NCBI GenBank assembly: GCA_034780895.1
Contig: JAUZTB010000017.1
Location: 29,833,573 to 29,897,572 of the forward strand
DNA from: Rhynchobatus australiae
Taxonomy: Eukaryota
DNA: 64,000 bases
Reading direction: 5' to 3'
Position numbers and translations under genes: made by a program. The notes below the pieces were generated by a model. It did no database searches. It saw only the letters and a program-made list of their open reading frames with translations, and had not been told where the DNA came from. Shown in pieces: positions 1 through 12,660 of this stretch. Numbering within the stretch: the stretch's first letter is position 1; each line of letters begins with the position of its first letter.

Positions 1-900
1 CCCATGGAATTTTAAAAGCTATATTCAAAAACTTTCTCCTAAATTCACTGCAGGAATTTGGGAAAAATTAATGAGAAGAATTAACAATTAATAGAGGGAG
101 GGAAGAAATATTCCTCCAATTACTTCCATTTGCACCAGTTTTGATGGTCACAAATCATTGCAGTGCAAGGTACCACAAGCAGCAGTTGTTGCACGTCCAG
201 CATCTCATTCAAGGTACCACAGGCAAATTGTGTTAACAAGCACTTGGTAACTACTGAGATTTAGCAGGCCTTCACAGCCACTCCCAACTTCGTTCTAATT
301 TCCAAAACTTAAAGTATTAACCCCCAGGAGCCACACCAGGCCAGAAACCAGACAGCTGTGAATATTCTGTGGACAGTTCTTTCACATATAATTTTTGAAA
401 TTAATCCATTCAAAATTGATATTTTATCCATAGGATATACATGTTATCCAAGCAAAAGATTAACTATTTTAGAACAGCCAAGGAGCTTAAAAAGTAGATA
501 AATATCCTCTCTAGAGTGTCTCAGTCTCAAATCTCATCATCATTTACTCAGTTACTTAGAGAGATCTTAGCTAGGCTTCCATGTAGAGTTTTATTCAGCA
601 ATGTAGTATCCCCCTTGTTCCAGGTAGAACCAACTCCCACAAGGAGATTCAATATGGCACTGACACCCTATAAATTTACTGTTAATCGATGCCAATAATG
701 CAGTTTGAAAATCTTGTTATGTTAAATCAAATGGACACTGCTATCATGATATAAGCATTAGAGATCCATAAGTTCCAATGGGGGCTTTTTAAGAACCTTC
801 CCTAAGCAAAAACTTGTTCTACATGAATTCTTTATGGAAATTGCTGGAAGATGCAGAAGATTTTTTTTTAAAAAAACAATAGAATAAAACTCACCAAATA

Positions 901-977
901 CATAGAACCATAGAACAATACAGGCCCTTCGGCCCACCATGTTGTGCCGCCCATCAAACCACACCTCACACTATCTA
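901..977 (-). mobile_element. CR1-type LINE/SINE 3' end
   Basis: catagaaccatagaacaatacaggcccttcggcccacc, the reverse of the 8-nt-repeat CR1 tail; same sequence as at 2185-2240; runs into a gap. Confidence 0.75.
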
Positions 978-1088
978 NNNNNNNNNNNNNNNNNNNNNNN
1001 NNNNNNNNNNNNNNNNNNNNNNNNNNNNNNNNNNNNNNNNNNNNNNNNNNNNNNNNNNNNNNNNNNNNNNNNNNNNNAGGGAGCGTCC

Positions 1089-1160
1089 CCCTGGGTCTGA
1101 CCCCGGGGTGGTGTGACGGGACGGTGCGGAGGGAGCTTCACCCTGTGTCTGACCCCGGGA
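1089..1160 (+). repeat. About 52-bp GC-rich minisatellite unit (about 1.4 copies visible)
   Basis: ccctgggtctgaccccggg at 1089 recurs as ccctgtgtctgaccccggg at 1141; adjacent to an N gap. Confidence 0.6.
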
Positions 1161-1544
1161 GGCCCTCTCTGCCCCTCCCTCCCCACTGTACGGTTAAACA
1201 CCCATCGTTATGGAGTCTGGTCCTATAACCTGAGTGTTTGGAAAAGCAGAAACGCTTCATGAGAGGTTTCTGGACTTCCTGTCTCTGCTGCTGTGCACAC
1301 TTTGCAGTTGACAGCACAGTTATTGCCTTGTGGTTGAGCTGCAGACGACTGAGTGATGTTTGAGGGGGAAGTGATAGGAAAAGGGAAGTGAATGCTGTCT
1401 GACCTTTCCCTCTCCCTTGCTGCTTTAGCCGGACTCATGCCTGTCGCTCAGTTAGTGTCCCACGCTGTGGAGGCAGCACCTAAGAATTTGTTTTTAGGCC
1501 CCAACTCTGGCCATTCCTGGTCATAGTCAGCGTTGAGCTCACAA

Positions 1545-1900
1545 GTCCGTGTGGGCACGGGAGCAGTGAAGAACTTCCTTGCAGCAGCATCACAGGCTCA
1601 GCATCGGATCAGCAGCACATAAACCAGATATAAATTAAACACAATCTTTACAAGAAATAACAGGACAAGAACAAACAAGAAGTATATTTTAGTGCAAAGT
1701 GGTCATAATGTTGCTGAGGTGGGGTTAGGGCTGTTTCGGTTGCTTCAAGAACCGACTGGTTGAAGGGAAGTCGCTGTTCCTGAACCCGGTGGTGTGGGGA
1801 CTTCAGGCTTCTGTACCCCCTGCCCGACGGCCGCTGCGGGAAGACGGCGCGGCCCGGATGCTGGGCGCGGGGAACCTTTGTTGATGGATGTTGTGAAGGA
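1545..1900 (-). mobile_element. Rex1/Babar-like LINE 3' fragment
   Basis: Minus strand encodes ...PSGRGYRSLKS..., the C-terminal motif of Rex1-type ORFs; similar in reverse to 8650-8985. Confidence 0.65.
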
Positions 1901-2184
1901 GGTTGTCTTTGAGTTGTATGAGGCATTAGCGAGACCCCGTTTGGTGCATTGTGAATCGCCAAGGTGCAGAAGGCTACGGGCTGAGGACTGGAAGGCAGGA
2001 TTAGAGGGGGGACGTGGGTCTGGAAGGATATGGTGGGCTAACACCTGTTAGCCAGGTGTATCATCATCCCAGTACCGTCGGCGGGACCAGTTGTCGGAGC
2101 CTCTGGCCCAAGAAAACCGGTTGAGAGGCCAAGTGAGACTTCTGTTGTGTCCACTGTCCGCTTTAAGCCGCCTGACGCGCATTT

Positions 2185-2690
2185 CCATAGAACCATTGAA
2201 CAATACAGCACAAGACAGGCCCTTCGGCCCACAAAGCTGTGTTGACCATGGCCCTACCCTAGAAATTACTATTTTTCTCAGCTCCATGTACCCATCCAAC
2301 AGTCTCTTCAAAGACCCTGTCGTATCAAGACAGGCCACTCGGCCCACCGTGTTGTTCGGCCCATCAAACTATCTCACCCTTTCCTCCCGCATATCCCTCT
2401 ATCCCACATTACTCCATATGCCTAACCAACAATCTCTTGAACCTGTCCAACGTACCTGCCTCCACCACTGCCCCAGGCAGCGCATTCCATGCCCCAACCA
2501 CTCTCTGGGTGAAAAACCTCCTTCTTACATCTCGCCTGAACTTTCCCCCCATTACTTTAAATCCATGCCCTCTTGTCTTGAGCATTGGTGCCCTGGGAAA
2601 GAGGCGCTGGCTGTCTACTCTATCTATCCCTCTCAACATTTTATACACCTCTATCATGTTTCCCCTCATCCTCCTCCTCTCTAGTGAGAA
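2185..2690 (-). mobile_element. CR1-clade LINE 3' end with a duplicated tail
   Basis: ORF 2409-2711(-) FSLERRRMRGNMIEVYKMLRG...TRGHGFKV...FFTQRVVGAWNALP...FKRLL is the CR1 ORF2 C-terminus; acaggcc..tcggccca occurs twice. Confidence 0.92.
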
Positions 2691-4124
2691 AAGTTCAAAA
2701 ATGCAGAACATCTATTGATCTACCAACAGAGGAACATAGGGAACAGGTATTGTTTGTTCATCCCTTCAAGTCTGCTCCCCATTCATTTAGATCTTAGCTG
2801 TTCTATGACCTAATACCATATCCCTATGACTTTAGTTAACAAAAATTCCTTTCAGATTTAAATTTAACAATTGACCCAGAATCAGTTATTGCTTGTGGTA
2901 GTTTTCCAAACTTCTATGACCCTGTGCATTTGGAAGTGTTTCCTAACTTTGTTTCTGAAAGTTCTGCCTCTAATGTTTATGCCCTATAGTCCCAAAGCCA
3001 AGCCAGAAGAAATGATTAACACAAACCTTTATTTCTGACACAACAACTGAGCAAAAAGACCCAAATTAAATCATTAACTTACCATGATCATTGGCCAAGA
3101 TATGTTTATCCTTTTATAAATAGAGCATCAAGCATAGGTTCTTGACCCATGTTACATGCCTTAATGCATTCTACAGTTTAAGTATGACTTTAAAAATTAT
3201 ATTAGTATATATTTTAATGTATAGCTTACATACAACAATTAAGATGAACATAGTGAAGACACAGCAGAGTTAAGTAACTCAATTAAATCACTTGGGGAAG
3301 TGTATTAAAGCAACAGCACATAAAGGTAGTCAATTAGGTGGTTTGTCCTGAATAACCTACACTGGAGTATGTGTAGCCTTACGGATTACTGAGGCAAAGA
3401 AGGAATATGTTCCTGAACGGTTATAGGTACTTAAGTGCATCTTGCAAACCATCAAGCCACCCAACTGAATGGAAATCAAGGGGAATTCATGAGGAAATAC
3501 TGAGAATATTTATATTGGTTCCTCCCCAGGTTTAAAAATGTCCTTTTTCTGGTTTCCTTCTGCCACTCACGCTGTCCAGATGGAGGTGGTGAGCAGGCAT
3601 TAAAGCCCCTAGCAAATACACTGGAGACATGGGATATTCTATAATAGATCCGGTCTCTCTCCTACAGGAAAGCACTTGATTTGCACTCAAACACTCCCTC
3701 TGGACACCATGACTGGAATCTTTTAAAAAAACACTTAAACAACAAAGTGAAGTACATTTATGTCAACCAAAATACTAGACTCAAAGGAGATCTCAATTTT
3801 TTTCAAACTGCTGATGAATAATATTTCTTGAGCCACAATTAAAAACCCATTAGATTCTACAATTTTAGAAAGAAACACAAATTAATTTTGTCTAAACTTA
3901 TGAAAGAATTTTCAGAGCAACAAACTGGAACCAACCAATTTCAGACCATTTGATGTTCACTTTAGCATTTAGGGTAATTCCAAAAGGACGAGAAAGTAAA
4001 TTAAAATTGTGGTAATTAACCGGAAGTTAATAAAAGCAACTGGAAAATGTTAATCACTCCAGTATAGCATTGAAATGTTATTTGATTGGAAAAGCAAACA
4101 CTTGAATATTAAAAGTTACTTTAC

Positions 4125-4148
4125 CTCTTCGCCGCCCAAATGTCCTTG
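4125..4148 (-). CDS. CPEB3: CPEB3 24-nt alternative microexon (B region)
   Basis: tttttctttgtttacatgcag|CAAGGACATTTGGGCGGCGAAGAG|gtaaag; exactly 24 nt, phase 1/1; encodes (T)RTFGRRR(G), matching the 8-aa xR(S/T)YGRRR microexon of CPEB2-4. Confidence 0.93.
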
Positions 4149-6249
4149 CTGCATGTAAACAAAGAAAAATTGGGTAGTCCTGTCACCTATTAAACATTGT
4201 AATCTTTTCATGAAATGCGCACAAAATTCACATGATATGAAGCAATTCATCGTCAAATCTACCTGTGGATGTGTTTCAGAGATACAGAAAAATATAATTT
4301 TACCTATTTTTTTTTAAAAACTATTCTCACCAAACTAGTTTTGAAACTTTTCACTACTATCCCCCTTGCTTTGTTAAATGCAACAAATAAACTGGGTTGG
4401 AAGAGGCTGCCAACAGGTTCCCATTAAAAAAATTCACTCATGCTTCCTCCAGATAGCCTAAAGTTGATCTAGTACGTAACTAAACAGAGAAACTGTATTA
4501 TATTTGTGCAATCAGTATTTCTGACTGAGGAACTAACTTCTAACCCTACAACAGAATTAAACCAGCTTGATTTACCATGGGGCAGGGGGGGGGAGGTCAG
4601 AAAATAAATGAGCATGAACTTTGATTAATCTGTTTTGTAACCATTTGTTACCATTCATAACCACACTACATTAAAAATTGGGCAAAAGCACATTTAAAAA
4701 AAGTTTAAATGCTCCCCAATATCACTAGTATCTTCCTGTGACGATATCAATCCCAGTTGCTTGTGCATACTTGTACAGGTCCTACATCCTCAACAATCAA
4801 AAGTGATGGTTCCTGCACCATCATTTAAAATACATCTTCATCTGCTCATACTCCTCTTTGTACATCCGTGTAAAGAGGAATCTGGACGTTACCTACTTTA
4901 AGGTCCTGCGAGTGCATTTGTCCCTTAAATTAAAATTTGTTTACAAGTCAAAGTTGTTGGTACCTATATGAACCACAAACCTTGCTGTTCACCTTTCCAT
5001 CTCTGAATGTTTAAAGTACACTTATTTAAATAGAAAATTTTCATTTTGTGAACAACATTCTCAAACCTTTAAAAGGTAATCCAGAAAGGGTTTCAGCGAT
5101 GTGAAAAATACACTTTTTTTATAGAAAGGAATTATAATCTTATAATTCATAATGGAAACACATGAACAGTTTACTAAATGAGAACCTGCAACACTTGAGT
5201 TCACACATTTAAATGTGATCCATCACAATAATCCAAGTTAGCTCAAATCAAACAAGTCCTTATTGATAAAAAAAATGTGCTTTGGATTATTCTTGATTAC
5301 AAAATACATTCAAAGATAAACTTATAGTATTATTAAATATTTAAAATGCAATTAGCAGTGATCTGTGGAAAAGGTTAATGTGCAGTGCCTAAACCAGATT
5401 CTTCCCTGAAGGTTTCTGTTTTGCAGAAAATACAACTTAATTCAATCTCATGCTCATTATATAGGACTTCCTTGGGCTACAAACTTTGTGCTGATTTAAC
5501 TCTGTAGTCAACATAGAAGCAGAATTGTGGTTCACCTATAAATTGATTTATCAGCCTTTATCACCTGGTTGCTAAAGGAAGCAACACTAATGAATGCAGG
5601 AACATCAGAGACCAATTTTGGAGGTTCACAAACAAAAAAAAGGAATTCAGTGCCTAAAATAAAACAGTTAATTTACATAATTTAATTTCACTGACATCTA
5701 AATAGGGGTAATGGAATTATCAAGTTGTTAAATAGAAACTGGTATGATTCTGCTATCTCCATTAACCCTACATCTGGATCTCCCCATTTTCTCTTTACCT
5801 GCCTCATCATTAACCCAGTTTACCTTGCATAAATATCCCTTTTGTCACACAATCCCAAGTTCTAGCTATCACAGACACCTGAAAGCAGAAATTGTTTCCG
5901 AGGATTTGGCTGCATGAATTATGTACTAACCTCCGTTCACCATGCCATTGCAGATGAATATTGCCAAAACAACTTTTATTTGGATTAATAACATTCAAAA
6001 CAAACCTCACCTTCCTTCATATTCAAATTTTCTACCTGAGCAAACCTGGCTGTGATGAGATGCTGCCTCCAGTGGGGTCGTCCACAGGGAGCAGACAAGA
6101 ACAAGTTGAGTCAACAAAGCAACATTAATTTAGTAAAGTGTCCCAAATACTTCAACAATGAAAAAGAACGTGTGCCTGATATTTCATGGGTAGATTTGCA
6201 GAGGCATTGAAAGCATGACTGCAGAAGATGGTTTTTAAAGAAGCAATAA

Positions 6250-6770
6250 ACAATACCTCATATTCCACCTTGGGGGTCTCCAACATTGATGTGGCCTCAA
6301 AGATCAATTTCTCCAACCAGTTAACCCCACCCTTTCTTCTCCTTCCCTCTCCTCCCCCCCCCCCACCTCTTCGTCTTCCCTTATTCCTGTGGTTCCCTTC
6401 CCCCAACTTGATAACCTGTCCATCTCCTCTCCATCCTTTATTCCATGGCCCACTNNNNNNNNNNNNNNNNNNNNNNNNNNNNNNNNNNNNNNNNNNNNNN
6501 NNNNNNNNNNNNNNNNNNNNNNNNNNNNNNNNNNNNNNNNNNNNNNNNNNNNNNNNNNNNNNNNNNNNNNNNNNNACCTACCTTCCCCGTTCTCACCTGG
6601 ACTCACCTACCACCTGTCTCCGTGTGCTCCTCCCCCACCTTCTTATTCTGGCTTCTGCCCTCATTCTTTTCAGTCCTGATGAAGGGTCTTGACCCAAAAT
6701 GTCAACTGTTTATTTCCCTCCATGGATGCTGCCTGACCTGCAGAGTTCCTCCTGCACTTTTTGTGTATTG
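6250..6770 (+). mobile_element. Penelope-like element 3' part (GIY-YIG C-terminal remnant, pyrimidine-rich UTR, hammerhead-like terminal motif)
   Basis: caatacctcatattccaccttggg (QYLIFHLG) and ...atcaatttctccaac resemble the end of the PLE endonuclease; followed by a C/T-rich tract and CTGATGA...GACCC at 6671-6708. Confidence 0.75.
6671..6708 (+). ncRNA. Degenerate minimal type I hammerhead ribozyme
   Basis: cagtc CTGATGA a GGGTC tt GACCC AAAA t GTC aactg. CUGAUGA and stem II are intact, but GAAA is changed to AAAA, so probably inactive. Confidence 0.65.
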
Positions 6771-8649
6771 CAATAAGTTACACAAATGGTATTCAGAAGA
6801 GATTGAGAAGAATACAGCTGAAGCCCTTGCCACCGAAGATAGAACTGAAGGTGGCAAGATACATAGCAATTCGGGCCCAATGACTGCAAATATTGGAAGG
6901 GTATAAGGATATTGATGGTCATCAAGGAGAATGCAAAGAAATTTATGTTCTAAGATTTTAAAAAAATTATATCCATTGGGAAGTGTGAAACCAAGATGTA
7001 CAACCCAGGTGGGACTGTCAACAAACAGGGATTAGAGTGTAAAAGGTATATTAATGATTTTGCAGGTTGGGAGGACTTGGAAGCTACATCTGGATAACAA
7101 AGGAAGTGAATAAGGATTTCAACAGCAATAGGGCAGGGCTAAGATAGGAGTGAAAAAAAAATCATTGAAATTAATTTTGTTTATTTGATGTTTTAAATTG
7201 AGCACAGAATGCCAAGTTTTCACGCCGATTGGTACAGCTTGATTGAGCAACCAAAGATAAATTATATGGTACCGATGCAATGGCACAAATTTTGCAAAGG
7301 AACATCAGCATTTGCCACTGCAATTGCCTCATTTTAGAGTCAGTCATAAATGCAGTGGAAAGGTCCTCTGACTCACCATGTCTATACCAACTATTAAGTA
7401 CCCATTTACCTACCCTTATTCCATAGCCTTCTATGCCTTGCTGTTCTAAGTGCTCACTTACCTATCAGTTGTAAGAGTACCTACTTTACTCTCTGCATAA
7501 CTACAACTTTGGTATTTTAAACACAAATACTGCTCTCAAAGTTGGGTTCAGCGGTTCGTTAGTTTTTCTGAATGTACTCTTCTGCTGGAATTCAGTGCAA
7601 GAGAGTGAAGCTGCAGTAATCCCCATGAGTTAAGGCTGGGAATCCATGCAAACATTCTGCACTGATTTGGACCCAATGAAAAATGTGCTTCACCATTCAT
7701 TTTAAATGGAGAGCAACAGTTACAAAGGACTAAGATTAAATTGACTTCAATTCAATAGCACCAAAAACTTCCAATTTTAGCATTTTAACCATCTAAGTCA
7801 CCCACCCCCACCCGCAACAATTCTTTGATGTTTGAGATACTCAGAAACATTTCTATTGTTTTAAATATTTGATGGCCTTGACAGTTTTTTCCCCCCGATA
7901 TGAGCCATGGCTTACACAACCAAAATGTTTGTCTCTTTTACGTGCAGTTTATTCAGGCTGCCAACATAGTGGCACTACTTCCTGAACACCCCCATCAACA
8001 AGCAATACTTCTGTGCTGAGGATTGGATCTGATTCATCAAACAGGAGCCAACTGAGTAATGGGTAGGAAACACACTCTGTTGAGTCTGAAATTTCCTCCG
8101 AAGTTAGTAGAGAGGCACAAATTTTGTGCCACAAGATCTTGGCTAAAGGATTGGCTGACCCTTAACATCTGACAGAAGAGGTTTTTGGCAGCCACCCTCC
8201 AGTTGTGATACAAATTGAAAAATAGTTTTGTTCAGTCCCTTCTCTGTTCCACCATAGGATGTTTGGATTCATCTACAAGTCATCATCATCAGACAAGGAG
8301 TGTGGAGAAGCTTAATGTTGGCAGCATCCTTGTGGAAGCTCAGTTTATCTTACAGATGCAATCAGCACAAGGAGTCACACAGATGAGAAAAGTGATTTAA
8401 GATGAATCCTAGGTAGACTTTGGAGCTGATCATGTGAAAACTAGAGGCAAGCCAATTGCTGAATTGCGTTGACTGCACCTGATCAATAGGGGTAAAACCA
8501 CTTAATAACATGACAATGGGGAATAGAGGAAGAGGTAGGAGCATCATTATGTTGACCATTGCAGAGAACGTCAATGACAATGGAGACAATAGTGGAAACC
8601 AGTCTGGACAAATCTGAATACTGAACTGAGGGAGAGGGGAATCTTCTCG

Positions 8650-9320
8650 CAGTTACCATCAGGTAAGTGGTGAAGAAGTCTGAAGTCCCACACTATCAGG
8701 TTCAAGAACAGCTACTACCCTTCAACCATTCGGTTCTTGAACCAACCGGCACAACCCTAATCATTACAGTTCAACGATGCTATGATCACTTTGCACTAAA
8801 ATCGACTTTGTGTTGTTGTTGTTCCAATTGTGTTCTTTCTTCTAAAAATTGGGTATAATTTACATCTTTCTTGTGAATGCTGCTAATCTGATATTATGTA
8901 CCTGTGATACTGCTGCAAGTTTTTCATTGAACCTATGCATACGTTTATTTGTGCATATGACGATAAACTTGACTTTGACTTTTCCAAGGAGTAATGTCTA
9001 AGCTACCTGGGTTTACATATAAGAACACAAGAAATAGAAACAGGATTAGGTTAATCAGGTNNNNNNNNNNNNNNNNNNNNNNNNNNNNNNNNNNNNNNNN
9101 NNNNNNNNNNNNNNNNNNNNNNNNNNNNNNNNNNNNNNNNNNNNNNNNNNNNNNNNNNNNTGTTTTATTCTAATTGTGCTCTTTCTCGTTAAAAAATTGT
9201 GTTTCATTTAGGTTTTTCTTGTGAACACTGCTCATGTGACGCTATGTGCCTGTGACGCTGCTGCAAGTTTTTCATTGCACCTGTACTTGTGCATGTGATA
9301 ATAAACTCGACTTTGACAAT
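8650..9320 (+). mobile_element. Rex1-like LINE 3' end, with the tail present twice around an N gap
   Basis: accatcagg...aagtcccacactatcaggttcaagaacagctactaccc (PSG..KSHTIRFKNSYYP); 8820-8980 resembles 9161-9317. Confidence 0.65.
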
Positions 9321-10299
9321 GACAACCTTCAATGATTTTGGAAAAGAATCACAGGATAGTGATTGGCAAGAATAGGCAGATTACATATGGATATTTTGAA
9401 GACAGAGTAATGATCCTTATTATTCAAGATTATTCCATTATATTTCAAAGAGAGATGTTACCTGAACAGAAGAAAGTAACACACCATGTGTCCTGAAGGC
9501 TGCTCAGAAGTTATGGACAAGGAAAATGATGGTCTGGACATAATGGCTACAATTTTCAATTCTTGGATACATGGGGCAAGAGATTTGACAAGGTAACACC
9601 ACTGACCAAGAAGGAAGAGAGGGATAACCTAATTATAGATCAGTCAGATAATACCATTTGTGAGCAAACTCAATCTAGCATTCAAGTTAATGCATGCTGA
9701 TGTTCAGGAAACCTGCACAGATCTGCCGACATTTAGTCATTTGACTGGGCAGAGGATCAGGATACACAAGTGCTCACTGAAGTTCCAGCCTTCCACTCCG
9801 GTTAAGTGTTGGCCACAGGTGTCAGCTGCACCAGCGGATTCCAATGGAAAATATCCCAGCTCTTAAGGTTGATACAAGTGAAGCAAGTCTATTGAAATCC
9901 ATGGAAAGAAACAACTGGCAACAGAACAAGTTGTTGATCTTCTCATTTGATTTATTTCCATTCATTGTTTTCAAGTGTGTACCAGTGTTTGTGTTTTCCA
10001 TCTTTATTAAAAATTCAAAGTAATGTTAAATTATAAAGTACCCTAGAATTTTTGAATGTTTGTGAAAGTCACAGGATTGATAGTCGGTAAGACTGGGGAC
10101 AGTATCTCATTCACTGTCAAAATCATTCTGGAGACTCAGTGACAACTTGTACTGATCGAGACTCCAGGCTGCACAGTGCCTCACCAACCTGCTGGAAGCT
10201 GGGTTCCTAATGTAAAATTGCAAATGGGACTATGCTGATACCATGGACAGGTAACTGCTCATATTTGGTGACTCACTGGAAGATCTGGCTCCAATCATT

Positions 10300-11090
10300 T
10301 GAATAAAAATCAATTGGCTAGAAAAAGGGAATGCAGTGGAATATAATGCATACAGATTTTCATAAATCTTAAGACAATTCCCATGAGATTTGGTAGAAAT
10401 ATTGGGACATAAAGTATATGGAAATACTGCAGTTTAGAAAATAAGTTGTTTGAAAAAGGAGCTGTAGAAGAGTTATGGTAAATGAGCACAGTTGGAATTG
10501 GAAAGAAGTGTTGGAAGTAGGTTATTTCTGGGCTTAGTGCTGGGTCTAACTCTGATCTGCAAAAAAAAATACAGCCAACTATTGACCTCCACGGTATCTA
10601 TTTCCACATATACATGAAATCTGCTGATGGCACTAAAGCAGAAAGATGGCAAACAAGGAGTGAAAAGGATTTCAAATTAATGGAATGGCTAGAGAGGTGG
10701 CAGAGGTAATTGTATGTACATAGGATGTGGGATAATGCCCCTTGGGAGAAAAGAAAAACACTAAAAGCAATGAAGAAAGGAAGGTTTAGTTGGCATTTAT
10801 AGAATGACAAGATTGGGCAAACTGACATCAGGGTTGAAGTACATCATTCACTTAGTCCACAAGAGCAAAGCTTTTGGTGAAAAAGAGCATGGGATTTTTT
10901 GATTTAGGGGGACAGATATATAAAGTGAAGCAGTAATGATTCATTTGTACAAAGCACCAGTCATGCCACAATTACAGTTTATCCAGGGTCAGTAATTAGT
11001 GATCCATTAAAGAAAGGAGATTCAAGTTACAGAGAGTACACAGTACAAATTCAGAAGAGTATTACCAAAAAAGGGTAACATGTGGAAGAC
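10300..11090 (+). mobile_element. Old degenerate CR1 reverse transcriptase fragment
   Basis: Degraded RT-like segments (gtggaatataatgcatacagatttt..., aaatctgctgatggcactaaa similar to KFADDTK, tgggcaaac, ttgtacaaagcaccagt) with many stops. Confidence 0.55.
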
Positions 11091-11849
11091 GGAACTGTCA
11101 GGAAGGCAGCTCCATAGCACCCACATTATAGCTGATTGGATCATGTACAAAACACAAGAGGAATATTAAATTTGCTATCAAGATTTCCATAGCCATAAGT
11201 GGTTGTGCTTCCTGATATNNNNNNNNNNNNNNNAAAAAAACAGGATCTGTATATAATGCATCAACAAACAAAATACTAACAAACAGAAACAGCATTTCAA
11301 TTAAAAGAAGAAATGAAAACATAACAGAAAATTCCAAGGGCCAAATGAATGAGTCAAATCAGTGAGTACACAATTCATTCTTGGGATAAATGCAAAATAT
11401 AGGAGAAGTTTCTAGCCACAAGTGTCTACAATAAACAACCACAGAACCATATGTTATTACAGCATAAAAGGAGGGCAGTCAGCCCAGTGTTTGTGCTGCC
11501 TCTTAGCAATACGAAGCAAATCTCTGTGGTAAAGAGCATTCTAGGCTGCAAAACCCTCTGTGTCCTTCTCCAAACTTCTTGCCTTGTTCTCAATAATTTT
11601 ACACTGATGGTCTCTTCTCAAGCACTCCCAAACTAAGGAAATACATTTTCCCACAAAATCAACCAGAATTCTTTGTGAGTACATTAAATATGCTTTAATG
11701 GACATGGACACAGAACCATTGTAGTTGTTCCCACCTTTAGTACTATCCTCTTGAATGTAACTTATACAGCATCAGCAGCTTTAATTGGCCAAATCTCATC
11801 TGTGAATCCCTTCTCAGAATCACCTTCCACAGTCACCCCCACGTACAAG

Positions 11850-12660
11850 GGAAGTGTGGGGTTATACACTTTGGTAGGAGGAATGAAAGTGTAGACTTTT
11901 TCCAAGTGGGGAGATAATTTAGAAATCAGAGGAGCAAAGGGACTTGAAAGTCCTAGTTCAAGATTCCCTTAAGGTTAACTTGCAGGTTGAGTCAGTAAGG
12001 AAGTCAAATGCAATGCTAGCATTCATTTCAAGGACGAGAATATAAAAGAAAGGATGCACTGCTGAGGCTTTATAAGCCATTTGTCAGACTGCATTTGGAA
12101 TATTGTGAGCAATTTTGGGCCTACATCCAAGGAAAGATATGCTGGCCCTGTAGAGGGTCCAGAGGGGGTTCACAAGAGTGATCCTGGGAATAAAAGGCTA
12201 AACATATGAGCAGTATCAACATATGACAGTTCTGGGTCTGTACCCAATGGAGTTCAGAAGGATGCGGGGGGGGGGGGCGGGAAGAAATGGGGGTGAAGAG
12301 GGGGATCTCATTGAAACCTACTGAATTCTGAAAGGCCTGGATAGAATAGACGTGGAGAGGATGTTTATATTAGTAGGAGAGTCTATGATTTAAGGGCCCA
12401 GCCTCGGAATAAAGGGACATCTCTTCAGAACTGAGCTGAGAAATTTTTTTCAGCCAGACGGTGGTAAATCTGAGATTCATTGCCACAGAAGACGGTGAAG
12501 GCCAAATCATTGGGTGTATTTAAGGCAGAAATTGATAGGTTTTGATTGGTAAAGCGGTTATGGGGAGAAGGTGGTTAAAAAGAAAAATCAGCCATGATTG
12601 AATGGCAGAGCAGACTCAATGGACCAAATGGCCTGATTCTGCTCCTATATCTTATGATAC
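11850..12660 (+). mobile_element. CR1-clade LINE 3' about 800 bp
   Basis: IHFGRRN, LEYCEQFWA, RVQRGFTRVI, GDLIETY and VFKAEIDR-like segments, then the tail aatggcctgattctgctcctatatcttatg. Confidence 0.88.

Noticed and set aside
1-4124. Search for the next CPEB3 exon (GRSSLFP...RRM1)
   Set aside because: Not found; it presumably lies left of the window.
12266-12304. G-runs with G-quadruplex potential
   Set aside because: Homopolymer expansion inside a CR1 fragment; no sign of function.
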